Below, in pieces: positions 37,640 through 46,544 of a stretch of DNA of 64,000 nt (position 1 is its first letter; each line of letters starts with the position of its first letter). The stretch spans positions 1,825 through 65,824 of the forward strand of contig JAKONR010000544.1 in assembly GCA_022701825.1 (NCBI GenBank). Reading direction: 5' to 3'. The translations under genes and the position numbers were made by a program. A model generated the notes under the pieces. The model was not told the DNA's origin. It worked only from the letters and a program-made list of their open reading frames with translations, and ran no database searches. Origin of the DNA: Hymenobacteraceae bacterium (lineage in GTDB: Bacteria; Bacteroidota; Bacteroidia; Cytophagales; Hymenobacteraceae).

Positions 37640-39550
37640 ATGGCTCAACGAAACCTAACGTATTCCATACGCGGCATTTTCACAGATTGCCTCCACGACC
37701 ATCACGCTAGCCAGTATCTGATTGCCGCCTACCAGCGCGGTTACAAGTGGAATTCGGGTGACGGGAGCGATACCAAGGGCCAAGTAGACAAGCTGCTTGC
37801 CGATTTATGGCGAGCCTATGAAGTTCTACGTCGAGGGGGAGCAACAGCAGACTACTATCTGCAATTTTTAACTCTCAAGCCCATTAAACTACCAACAGGG
37901 CAAACGGTATTGGAGGTTATAGATGGGCAGCAGCGGCTAACCACATTAAGTTTATTTTTTGCCGTTCTACGCTATAGCTTAGGTGTTGAGGGGGGAGCAG
38001 AGTTCGCCTTCATTGAGCACCTAGCCAGCCCAGCAGGCTCCACAATAGGCAAATTAGAGTATGCAGTTCGAGACCGGTTTTTAGAGGAGTTTGTCTACCA
38101 AGGCAACGTTCATAAGCTAGTAACTGCTACTTCGTGGGAAGCTTTTCTCGAGACGGCTACCACAGCTATTGACTACAACCAGCAGGATATTTACTACCTG
38201 TATAAAGCTGCTCGTAAAATTCATAGCTTTTTAACCGAGGAGCAGCGGCGAGCCAAAATATCCGCGTTCGGGACTTTTGTGGCGGATTATGGTCGCCTTA
38301 TTGCCAATGTTATTGAGGAGGAAGTTAATAGTGAGGACGTTTTTAGTGACCTGAACAGTAACCGTGTCCCGCTGACCGATACCGAACTGGTCAAGGGGCT
38401 CTTACTAACTCGAGCCAGCCGCACTGCCTCTTCTTCCTTTCAACAGGTGCAGGAACTACGCTCCGCCCAGGGGCGCCAGTGGGATGAAGTAGCCCGCTGG
38501 TTGCAACAGCCTGGAGTAAGAGTACTCTATGGATTGCATAAAGAGTCTGCCCTGTGGCAATTGCTGCGCCTAGTAGCGCTGCGTATGGCAGCACCGTTTC
38601 CCACAATACGGGCGATGGTTCCTCCACGTAGCGCGATAGGAACCGGCTTTCCCCTCTATGAATTCTTTGAGCACTTACTTAGCTTCGGAGCTCAGGCTCC
38701 CAAAGCGGCAGATTGCTTTGAGCAGTTGCAGCTACTGAGCGGACTACTGCATGATTGGTACGATACTCCAGCTATTCATAACCAGCTGGGAGTACTACAA
38801 GTGAGTAAGCAATACCAGAGTAAAGGAGAGGTACTTGAGCGCATCACGGCTGAAGATCAGCTGCTTGCCGGCGGCCCTCGCGCTTTCCTGCGGCAGGAAA
38901 TTAGTAAGTTCTCTTGCCTAAAAGGCGACCTAGCCACGTTAGCTTACAATGCGGGGCCAAATAAGGCATTCGACTTACTTCTCCTCCTGAACGTATTTCC
39001 CGAGAAGCCCAGCAACAAGGATACCGATCAGCCTATTGACAATTATCCTTTTGACTTTGCTCGCTTTAACGGGGAAAGCTGGAGCTTGGAGCACATCTAT
39101 CCGCAGCACCCTGCTTTGGAGGGGGAGCAGGTACCTGTTGAAGTACGGATTTCGCTTCGTGCCATAGCCGATGCTGATGACACCCCACCACAAATCCAGA
39201 AAGATGCTTTATCGCCGGAGGAGGCTGAAGAACTGCGACAATACCTACACGCGGATAATCAGCTATTGCACAGCCTAGGTAATCTCGCCCTGCTGACGTC
39301 GGGCGATAACAGCAGCGTCAGTAACGCTCCCTTTCACGAAAAGCGCCAGCGGCTCATGCAGCGGGTGCGCCGAGGCAGTTTTATCGCCCCGCATACATTT
39401 AGTGTTTTTAGCAAACTAATACTACCAAAATCCCAATCTCAATTCGACTGGACTAAGGCGGATATCCGCGAGCACGCCACCTATCTGGAGGAGCAGCGCG
39501 CACGATTAATCAAAGACTTCTCAATACTTTCTTCTCTACCCACCGCATGA
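37640..39550 (+). CDS. DUF262 + DUF1524 (GmrSD/SspE-like) nuclease
   Basis: YQRGYKW, VIDGQQRLTT, FSDLNS; C-terminal SLEHIYPQ...LGNLALL...NSSVSN...F.EK. Confidence 0.87.
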   Translation: MAQRNLTYSIRGIFTDCLHDHHASQYLIAAYQRGYKWNSGDGSDTKGQVDKLLADLWRAYEVLRRGGATADYYLQFLTLKPIKLPTGQTVLEVIDGQQRLTTLSLFFAVLRYSLGVEGGAEFAFIEHLASPAGSTIGKLEYAVRDRFLEEFVYQGNVHKLVTATSWEAFLETATTAIDYNQQDIYYLYKAARKIHSFLTEEQRRAKISAFGTFVADYGRLIANVIEEEVNSEDVFSDLNSNRVPLTDTELVKGLLLTRASRTASSSFQQVQELRSAQGRQWDEVARWLQQPGVRVLYGLHKESALWQLLRLVALRMAAPFPTIRAMVPPRSAIGTGFPLYEFFEHLLSFGAQAPKAADCFEQLQLLSGLLHDWYDTPAIHNQLGVLQVSKQYQSKGEVLERITAEDQLLAGGPRAFLRQEISKFSCLKGDLATLAYNAGPNKAFDLLLLLNVFPEKPSNKDTDQPIDNYPFDFARFNGESWSLEHIYPQHPALEGEQVPVEVRISLRAIADADDTPPQIQKDALSPEEAEELRQYLHADNQLLHSLGNLALLTSGDNSSVSNAPFHEKRQRLMQRVRRGSFIAPHTFSVFSKLILPKSQSQFDWTKADIREHATYLEEQRARLIKDFSILSSLPTA

Positions 39551-41829
39551 GCACAGGCTTTACATTGCACCAGCTTTTTACTTCCACTGAAACGGAACAA
39601 TTCCTGGTACCCGAAATTCAGCGCGACTACGTGTGGGGGCCTGCCCAACTTGATAAACTACTCTCTTCTCTTCGAGTAGCTTTTGCCAAAGCGCAGCAGG
39701 CACTAGACTTACAAGTAAGCGGAGCAGACGCGACACCCGCAATAGTCGATTCTTTTCTAGAGCACCACCGACGCCAGCGCTTCAGCCAGCACCTAGGGTT
39801 TATTTATGCCTATCATGATTCTTCATATCCCGGTAAAGCTTTTCTAATTGATGGTCAACAACGCCTCCTTTCACTTTACCTCTTGCTGCTAGCCCGGGCT
39901 GTACAGGAAAATGAGCAGGCTGACTTTCGGACGCAATATCTCACGTCCACTCAAAAAGTGAAGCTGGACTACCGAGTACGAGCTGCCACGCACGACTTTC
40001 TGCAACGATTCGTCACATTTGTCTTAGCATCTCCCGCCGCTACGACAACCCCCACCGCAGATGCTGTTAAGCAGCAATATTGGTATCTGAGCTCCTACGC
40101 GCAGGACCCCACCATCGCGCACATTTTAGACAATTACACCCACTTAGAAAAACAAGTGGCGCAAGGAGGACCGACTTACCATTTCCTGCATCACTTTGTA
40201 AAATTCTGGTATTTCGATACGGGCGACAGTGCACGTGGGGAAGACCTCTACCTATCACTGAATTCCACTGGTCTCCTTACTTCGACCGGCGAAAACCAGC
40301 GGGCACTGCTACTCGGGGCAGAGCAGGAGAGTAGCTGCAAACAATACTGGGGAGGTAAATTAGAGCAGTGGCAGGACTTTTTCTGGAAACACCGCGGCGG
40401 AAGTAATCCGAATGCCGATAATGGCTTTAATGAGTTCTTTCGCTGGCTTCGCATTCTAGCCCCCACGTTCGCTTATGATATAGCAGCCGCTGCTGAGCCG
40501 ATAATACAGGCTCTACTAGAGGCAGAGACACCTCGCGCATTGCCGCCAGGTTTCACCCTAGCAAATGCAGACCAGATAATGCATGTGCTGCAGTTGCTTT
40601 TTCCAAAACCGGGTAGTACACCTACTGACAAGACCATACCGGCAGGTTTGCTACCTGTTACTTGGCTAGCACCAACGGGACCTCCAGAGCAGGCGAAGCT
40701 GAGCTTAAAAGAGCTTTTTCAGTTCTTACCAGTACTAGCGTACTGTCTAGAGCAAGCTAAACTACCAGAAGCTGACAGGTGGGCACAGTTGCCTCGGGTC
40801 GTCCGCTATTTTTACAACCTACAAAGACTAGAGCGAATAGCCAAGGCAGGTACGCAAGATGCTGCAAAATTTTGCAGCGAGGCCATTTTGCTAGCTAAGC
40901 AGCTAGGTGCTACCAGCACGGGGGACATTACGGAATTACTTACTATTGCCACTACTCGCCGCGTATCAGCAGCTTTATTGCCTGAAGAAGAAAAGCAGAA
41001 GCTTGAGCTCTATCGCAATGCCGGTTCTGACCGTAACGAGTTGGAATCGCTGTTAGGACAATTAGAGGACGGCCCCTATAATTCGGGAGAAGTAAAGCAC
41101 TTCTTTTTCAAAGAAGCTATTCCCACAACCACGCTGTCCTATGTGCGCCGCCTGCACCGGCGCTACTTTGACTTAGCCTTACAACTACCTGCGAACAAAC
41201 ATCTTCTTCAATCCTTGCTCTTGCTATGGGGGGATTGTACTGTTCAGGACACTGGCAGCTATCTCTACGAACAGTACAACTACGGTGCCTGGCCGAGTAT
41301 CATCCGAACTGAAGAAGGAGGCTTTCAAGCTTTTTTCTCGGATTTCCTTCAGCTAGAGGTAGATGTAGCAACCTACTACCAGCGTAATAAACAGCAGTAT
41401 TACACGGGCAAATCTATCTCCACTCTACTCGCGGATACAAGCTTCGATAATCAATTGCGCTTACTTGCCCTATTCTTTGATTATTTCCAAGCACAAGACC
41501 CGTCAGTAGATAAGGTTTCCTTATGGCCTAAAGGCAATCAGATAGGCTATTTCTATCCCGACCATGCCGAAGGACGTGATAAGCCCATCACGGATGACCA
41601 AGCAGCTGTCTTTGGAGCTGAAACTCTCCGGTTCTGGAATGTTAGTGATCGCCTAACCTCTGCAACCCACAAGTGCCGAGCACTCCTGCCATGGGCATAT
41701 GAGCTTTTCAACAAATACAATACCCAAGGCTTTTCTTATCAGCAGTTTGTGGAAGCACGTCTGCAAGAAGTAGGCGCGCATTTGGCTGTACAGGTTGATA
41801 GTGTGACTGTTGACACAGCCACAGCGTAA
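39547..41829 (+). CDS. DUF262 (GmrS/ParB-like) domain protein without an evident HNH motif
   Basis: VPEIQRDYVW, LIDGQQRL, LYLSLNSTG; ATGA overlap with the upstream DUF262 gene. Confidence 0.83.
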   Translation: MSTGFTLHQLFTSTETEQFLVPEIQRDYVWGPAQLDKLLSSLRVAFAKAQQALDLQVSGADATPAIVDSFLEHHRRQRFSQHLGFIYAYHDSSYPGKAFLIDGQQRLLSLYLLLLARAVQENEQADFRTQYLTSTQKVKLDYRVRAATHDFLQRFVTFVLASPAATTTPTADAVKQQYWYLSSYAQDPTIAHILDNYTHLEKQVAQGGPTYHFLHHFVKFWYFDTGDSARGEDLYLSLNSTGLLTSTGENQRALLLGAEQESSCKQYWGGKLEQWQDFFWKHRGGSNPNADNGFNEFFRWLRILAPTFAYDIAAAAEPIIQALLEAETPRALPPGFTLANADQIMHVLQLLFPKPGSTPTDKTIPAGLLPVTWLAPTGPPEQAKLSLKELFQFLPVLAYCLEQAKLPEADRWAQLPRVVRYFYNLQRLERIAKAGTQDAAKFCSEAILLAKQLGATSTGDITELLTIATTRRVSAALLPEEEKQKLELYRNAGSDRNELESLLGQLEDGPYNSGEVKHFFFKEAIPTTTLSYVRRLHRRYFDLALQLPANKHLLQSLLLLWGDCTVQDTGSYLYEQYNYGAWPSIIRTEEGGFQAFFSDFLQLEVDVATYYQRNKQQYYTGKSISTLLADTSFDNQLRLLALFFDYFQAQDPSVDKVSLWPKGNQIGYFYPDHAEGRDKPITDDQAAVFGAETLRFWNVSDRLTSATHKCRALLPWAYELFNKYNTQGFSYQQFVEARLQEVGAHLAVQVDSVTVDTATA

Positions 41830-41855
41830 AACTGTCTACTTGCCCTCACCCACCT

Positions 41856-42713
41856 ATGAATCCCTCCCCTCTCCGCACCTGGTGGCGCGCGCTCGACACA
41901 CCCTGGCAACGCATCTTCAAGCGCACGCTCGACATCAACCACACCCCCACCGACGAGGAGCTTCAGGAAATAAGTCAACTAGAAGCCATCGACTGCAGCG
42001 GCACCACTATCATTAGCCTCGAGCCGCTCCAGCAGCTAGCTGGCTTACGCCGCCTCGATGCCCACAACACCAAAATCACCCGCGTAGAGCGCCTGAGCGC
42101 CCTGCTCCAACTCGAAGAACTCGACTTAAGTGGCACCCTTGTCAGTAATCTAGCTTCCCTGCACTTGCTCACTAAGCTCTGGTCCGTACGCTGCGTTGGT
42201 TGCCCACTCACCTCCCTTCAGGGCCTGCAACAGGCTACGGAGCTAGCGTATCTGGATATCACCAGCACGAGCATTACCTCTTTAGAACCTCTACTTCTAC
42301 TCCCAAATCTGCGCAGCATTAAGGCTACTGCTAGTGCCTTAACCGACGAGGAATCGGTCAAGACCCTAGAAGAAAAAAGTGTTGTGATTCAGTACGACGC
42401 CACTCCCCTCGCCGACGCTCAAGAGGCGGCCGCTCAACAAGCGCGATATGCGCAAATGCCCGTAGCAAGTCGATTTCTGGACTTAGACTCCCAATTTGTC
42501 GAAGCAGCTAGATGCATAGTGCTCCACCAGCAAGGCAGCACTTCGTTAATTCAGCGCAAATTAAAACTCGGCTATAACCATTCTGGTCGCTTATTAGACC
42601 TACTCGAGCAGGCCGGAATAGTGGGGCCCTTTGAAGGTAGTAAAGCTCGAGCTGTGCTGATACCCGATGAATACCAATTGGAACTAGTGCTGAAGAATCC
42701 CATAGGGAGATAG
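41856..42713 (+). CDS. Leucine-rich-repeat protein fused to an FtsK gamma (winged-helix) domain
   Basis: Repeated LxxLxxLxLxxTxI/VxxL units; C-terminal FVEAARCIVLHQQGSTSLIQRKLKLGYNHSGRLLDLLEQAGIVGPFEGSKARAVL. Confidence 0.82.
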   Translation: MNPSPLRTWWRALDTPWQRIFKRTLDINHTPTDEELQEISQLEAIDCSGTTIISLEPLQQLAGLRRLDAHNTKITRVERLSALLQLEELDLSGTLVSNLASLHLLTKLWSVRCVGCPLTSLQGLQQATELAYLDITSTSITSLEPLLLLPNLRSIKATASALTDEESVKTLEEKSVVIQYDATPLADAQEAAAQQARYAQMPVASRFLDLDSQFVEAARCIVLHQQGSTSLIQRKLKLGYNHSGRLLDLLEQAGIVGPFEGSKARAVLIPDEYQLELVLKNPIGR

Positions 42714-42810
42714 TGTGGGCCGCACAACGGCAACTATAATTCCTTATTATTGCCGATGCGCCGTCGCCTGCATCAATCCGCTAGCGCGTGACAAAAGCTT
42801 CCCCTACAAT

Positions 42811-43218
42811 ATGCCCCCCCGCCACGAAGTAGTAGCCGCCATCATCCAGCACGAAAATCAATTCCTCTGCCTGCAACGCGGCCCCAGCAAATACGCCTAC
42901 ATCGCCCACAAATGGGAGTTCCCCGGCGGCAAAGTAGAAGCCGGCGAAACCCAGGAAGAGGCACTAATACGGGAAATTCAAGAGGAGCTAGCCCTAGGCA
43001 TTCAGATAAAGAATAATCTCCTAACAGTGCACCACGCCTACCCCGACTTCGATATCACGATGCACGGGCTCCTATGCACAACCTCCCCATACACACCCAC
43101 CCTGCACGAGCACGTGGCCTACGTCTGGCTCCCGCGCGAGCAGCTCCACACCCTGGACTGGGCCGCCGCCGACCTACCAATCGTCGCTCACCTACAAGAG
43201 AATGTCCCTGCTCGCTAG
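42811..43218 (+). CDS. NUDIX hydrolase (MutT/NudG-like)
   Basis: Nudix box WEFPGGKVEAGETQEEALIREIQEEL; LDWAAADLPIV. Confidence 0.9.
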   Translation: MPPRHEVVAAIIQHENQFLCLQRGPSKYAYIAHKWEFPGGKVEAGETQEEALIREIQEELALGIQIKNNLLTVHHAYPDFDITMHGLLCTTSPYTPTLHEHVAYVWLPREQLHTLDWAAADLPIVAHLQENVPAR

Positions 43219-46030
43219 CCTAACTCGGGGCTTTATCGACCACACCACACCTTCTCCAGACCAGTTCCTGCCGAAGCTGGTAGTGAATGATAAGGCGCAG
43301 GGCAAAACGGTACTCGCAAACCTGTTACGTCACCTGGACGAATGCGAGGAGTTCTGGTTTACGGTAGCCTTTGCCACTAAAAGCGGGGTGGTGACCCTGC
43401 TAAACGCGTTACAAGCGCTGGAAAATCGTGGTATCCAAGGGCGGGTGCTGGTCTCGCAGTACTTGGACTTCACCCAACCGGAAGCGTTACGCACCTTACT
43501 ACGACTCTCCAACGTCACCTTAAAAATTGCCACCACCGGTAACTTCCACGCCAAGGGGTATCTATTCAATAAGGGAGATGACAGTTACGACCTACTTATC
43601 GGAAGCAGCAATCTGACGGCGGGAGCGCTGAAGGTAAACAAAGAGTGGAACCTGCAGGTATCCTCGAGCGCCCAGGGCGAGTTGCTACGCAGCGTGCAGG
43701 AGGTGTTTGCGCAGGAATTTGAGCAGGCGACGCACGTGGATACCCACTTTATTACCGCCTACGAACAGCGCTACCTAGCCAATTTTCTTCGCCAAGAAGT
43801 TGTCTCTCTTCCCCCCGTCTCGCCGAATGCGATGCAGGTGGAGGCGATGGCTAACCTGCAGGCGTTACGCAAGCAGGGGCAAAGAAAGGCCCTCCTCATT
43901 TCAGCGACGGGCACGGGCAAAACCTACTTGGCCGCCTTTGACGCGCAACAAGCTGGAGCCAAAAAGCTCCTCTTCGTGGTGCACCGCACTACTATTGCCA
44001 ATACGGCCCTACAAACCTTCCAGCGCGTATTTGGCCCTACCAAACGTATGGCGGTGTATGAAGGAAATGCCGAAGATCTCACCCAAGACTTCCTCTTCTG
44101 CACCGTCCAAACGCTAGCCAAAGCCCCCCACTTAGCCAGATTTGCCCCCGCCTACTTCGACTACGTCATCGTCGATGAAACCCACCGCTCCGGCGCCGAG
44201 AGCTACCAGCGCCTGCTAGCCCACTTCCAACCCACTTTCCTACTCGGCATGACGGCCACGCCGGAGCGGACGGACGGGTACGACATCTTCCAGCAGTTCG
44301 ACCACAACATCGCCTACGAAATTCGTCTGCAGCGAGCGCTGGAAGAAGATATGCTCTGCCCCTTCCACTACTTCGGCGTAACCGACGTGACCATCGGCGG
44401 CGAGGTAATGCCCGAACAAGCCGTGTTTGCCCAGCTCGTGGCCGAAGAGCGCATCGCCCATATTCTGGAAAAAGCGACTTTTTATGGCTGCGACACCGGC
44501 CGCGTGCGGGGCCTAGTGTTTTGCCGCACCCTGGCAGAGAGTGCGGCCTTGGCGGATGCCTTCAACAGGCAAGGCTTCCGCACCCTAGCCTTGGATGGCA
44601 GTAGCAGTGAAGCTACCCGCGCCGCCGCTATCGCCCGGCTGGAAAGCGACGACCCCGCCATCCAACTCGACTACCTGTTCACGGTCGACATCTTCAACGA
44701 GGGCATTGATATTCCTCGGCTCAACCAAGTCATTCTGCTGCGCCCCACGCAATCAGCCATTGTGTTTGTGCAGCAGCTAGGGCGCGGGCTACGCAAGGCC
44801 CCGGGAAAAGAATACCTCACGGTACTCGACTTCATCGGCAACTACGCTACCAACTACCTAATTCCTATTGCCCTATTCGGCGACACGACCTATAACAAGG
44901 ATACGCTGCGCAAGCTCCTGGCTGCCGGCAGCAGCTTGTTACCCGGCGCTTCCACCATCAACTTCGACCGCATCGCCCAGGACCGTATCTACGCCTCCAT
45001 CGATGCGGCCCGACTTAATCAGAAGCGGGATTTAATAGAAGCTTACCGCCTACTAAAATTCACCATCGGCCGGCCACCCCTGATGGTGGATTTCTTACTA
45101 CATCAAGCCCGGGACCCTTTTCTGTACGTGACGGCCTGGGGGTCCTTTTTCAACTTTGCCGCTCAGCAAGAATCCGACCTACAGGGCCAGCTAACTACTG
45201 AAGAAACCTCCATCCTAGCCCTTATCTCCACGCACCTGGCCAACGCCAAGCGCATCGAGGAAGTAGCTATCCTGGCCCTCTTGCTGCAGCAGGATGCGGT
45301 GTCTTTCCCGCAGCTAACCGCCCACCTGCTCACTACCTACGGCTTACCCACCGTTGCCAACCCGCGCTCCTGCCTGCGCAACTTAAATTTTGAGTTCGTA
45401 CGCACGCCCAAACCCCTCGCTGCTTATGATGGGGAAGTATTCCGCCTTACCCCGGAGATGGATGCTATGGCCACCAAGCCCATATTCCGCCAATTCTTAC
45501 TCGACGCGCTCGCCTTTGCCCAGATTCGCTACCGCACCTATCCTCAGAGCCAATTCGTGGGCGGCTTCTTCCTGTACCAAAAGTATGCTCGGCGCGATGT
45601 GTGTCGCATCTTGAATTGGGACCTAGATGAAAGCGCCACCGTGTACGGCTACAAGGTGAAGGATGAGAGCTGCCCCTTATTTGTAAACTATCACAAAGCC
45701 GAGGACATTGCCCAGAGCACGAACTACGAGGATGGGTTTCTAAATCCCCACGAGTTCAACTGGATGACTAAGTCTAACCGCAAGCTGACCAGTCCCGAAA
45801 TAGTGGCTATGCAGCAGCAGGGCCTTCGGCTACCCCTCTTCATTAAAAAAAGCAACGGCGAGGGTACCGACTTCTATTACATGGGTGAGGTAGCACCTAC
45901 CTCCTTTACCCAAACCACTATCCTGGCGGACGATGGCACTGAAAAGCCCATCGTGCAGGTGCATTTTGCGTTGACGCATCCCGTCGAGGATAACCTTTAT
46001 CACTATTTGACAACGGAGGTCAGTGTATAA
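43202..46030 (+). CDS. PLD-SF2 helicase-DUF3427 protein, SauUSI-like type IV restriction enzyme
   Basis: FHAKGY...GSSNLT...NKEWN PLD; ATGTGKT, DETH, TATPERTD and QQLGRGLR; C-terminal FVNYHK...YEDGF...FYYMG; overlaps the NUDIX gene. Confidence 0.87.
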   Translation: MSLLASLTRGFIDHTTPSPDQFLPKLVVNDKAQGKTVLANLLRHLDECEEFWFTVAFATKSGVVTLLNALQALENRGIQGRVLVSQYLDFTQPEALRTLLRLSNVTLKIATTGNFHAKGYLFNKGDDSYDLLIGSSNLTAGALKVNKEWNLQVSSSAQGELLRSVQEVFAQEFEQATHVDTHFITAYEQRYLANFLRQEVVSLPPVSPNAMQVEAMANLQALRKQGQRKALLISATGTGKTYLAAFDAQQAGAKKLLFVVHRTTIANTALQTFQRVFGPTKRMAVYEGNAEDLTQDFLFCTVQTLAKAPHLARFAPAYFDYVIVDETHRSGAESYQRLLAHFQPTFLLGMTATPERTDGYDIFQQFDHNIAYEIRLQRALEEDMLCPFHYFGVTDVTIGGEVMPEQAVFAQLVAEERIAHILEKATFYGCDTGRVRGLVFCRTLAESAALADAFNRQGFRTLALDGSSSEATRAAAIARLESDDPAIQLDYLFTVDIFNEGIDIPRLNQVILLRPTQSAIVFVQQLGRGLRKAPGKEYLTVLDFIGNYATNYLIPIALFGDTTYNKDTLRKLLAAGSSLLPGASTINFDRIAQDRIYASIDAARLNQKRDLIEAYRLLKFTIGRPPLMVDFLLHQARDPFLYVTAWGSFFNFAAQQESDLQGQLTTEETSILALISTHLANAKRIEEVAILALLLQQDAVSFPQLTAHLLTTYGLPTVANPRSCLRNLNFEFVRTPKPLAAYDGEVFRLTPEMDAMATKPIFRQFLLDALAFAQIRYRTYPQSQFVGGFFLYQKYARRDVCRILNWDLDESATVYGYKVKDESCPLFVNYHKAEDIAQSTNYEDGFLNPHEFNWMTKSNRKLTSPEIVAMQQQGLRLPLFIKKSNGEGTDFYYMGEVAPTSFTQTTILADDGTEKPIVQVHFALTHPVEDNLYHYLTTEVSV

Positions 46031-46356
46031 GCTTTTTCATGAGCGTAAGAACACGCATCTATAAGTGGCCTGCGTAAGCTGCATCTGAATTAAGTCATAC
46101 TAGATGGCTGATTCGTTCGGCTACCCACTAAACAGCTATCTCTCCTTCACTCAACGCGCCTGTCGTGACTTGCGCCGCCTCACAACTTGCCCCTTGGCTA
46201 CGTGCAGACTAGAGGGGTGAGGCAAGCAGCTTGTGTTCCTTGAAAACCTTGGATCCGAACGATAAGCGATCGACAAGGCTAAGCTGCACAATATTTTGCG
46301 CAAGCTAGGGTCCAGCTACTACGCGCTACACACGAAAATAAACCGCAGTGAGAACC

Positions 46357-46390
46357 AGTTAAAAATACCCAATTATAGGTATTTTTAACT
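46357..46390. repeat. Perfect 13-bp inverted repeat with 8-bp spacer
   Basis: AGTTAAAAATACC-CAATTATA-GGTATTTTTAACT. Confidence 0.85.
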
Positions 46391-46544
46391 TAATCGAGAA
46401 GCACAATATTTGACAAACTAATCGCTTCGCAATTGCTGGCCTCAGGGCTACGCAACCACTGCAAGCTTGCTTGTGCGGCATAAAACAAGTATTAAAGCCC
46501 TGCTTATAGCGCTTTGTTCGACTCTTGCCTTACCCTCCTTAGTT

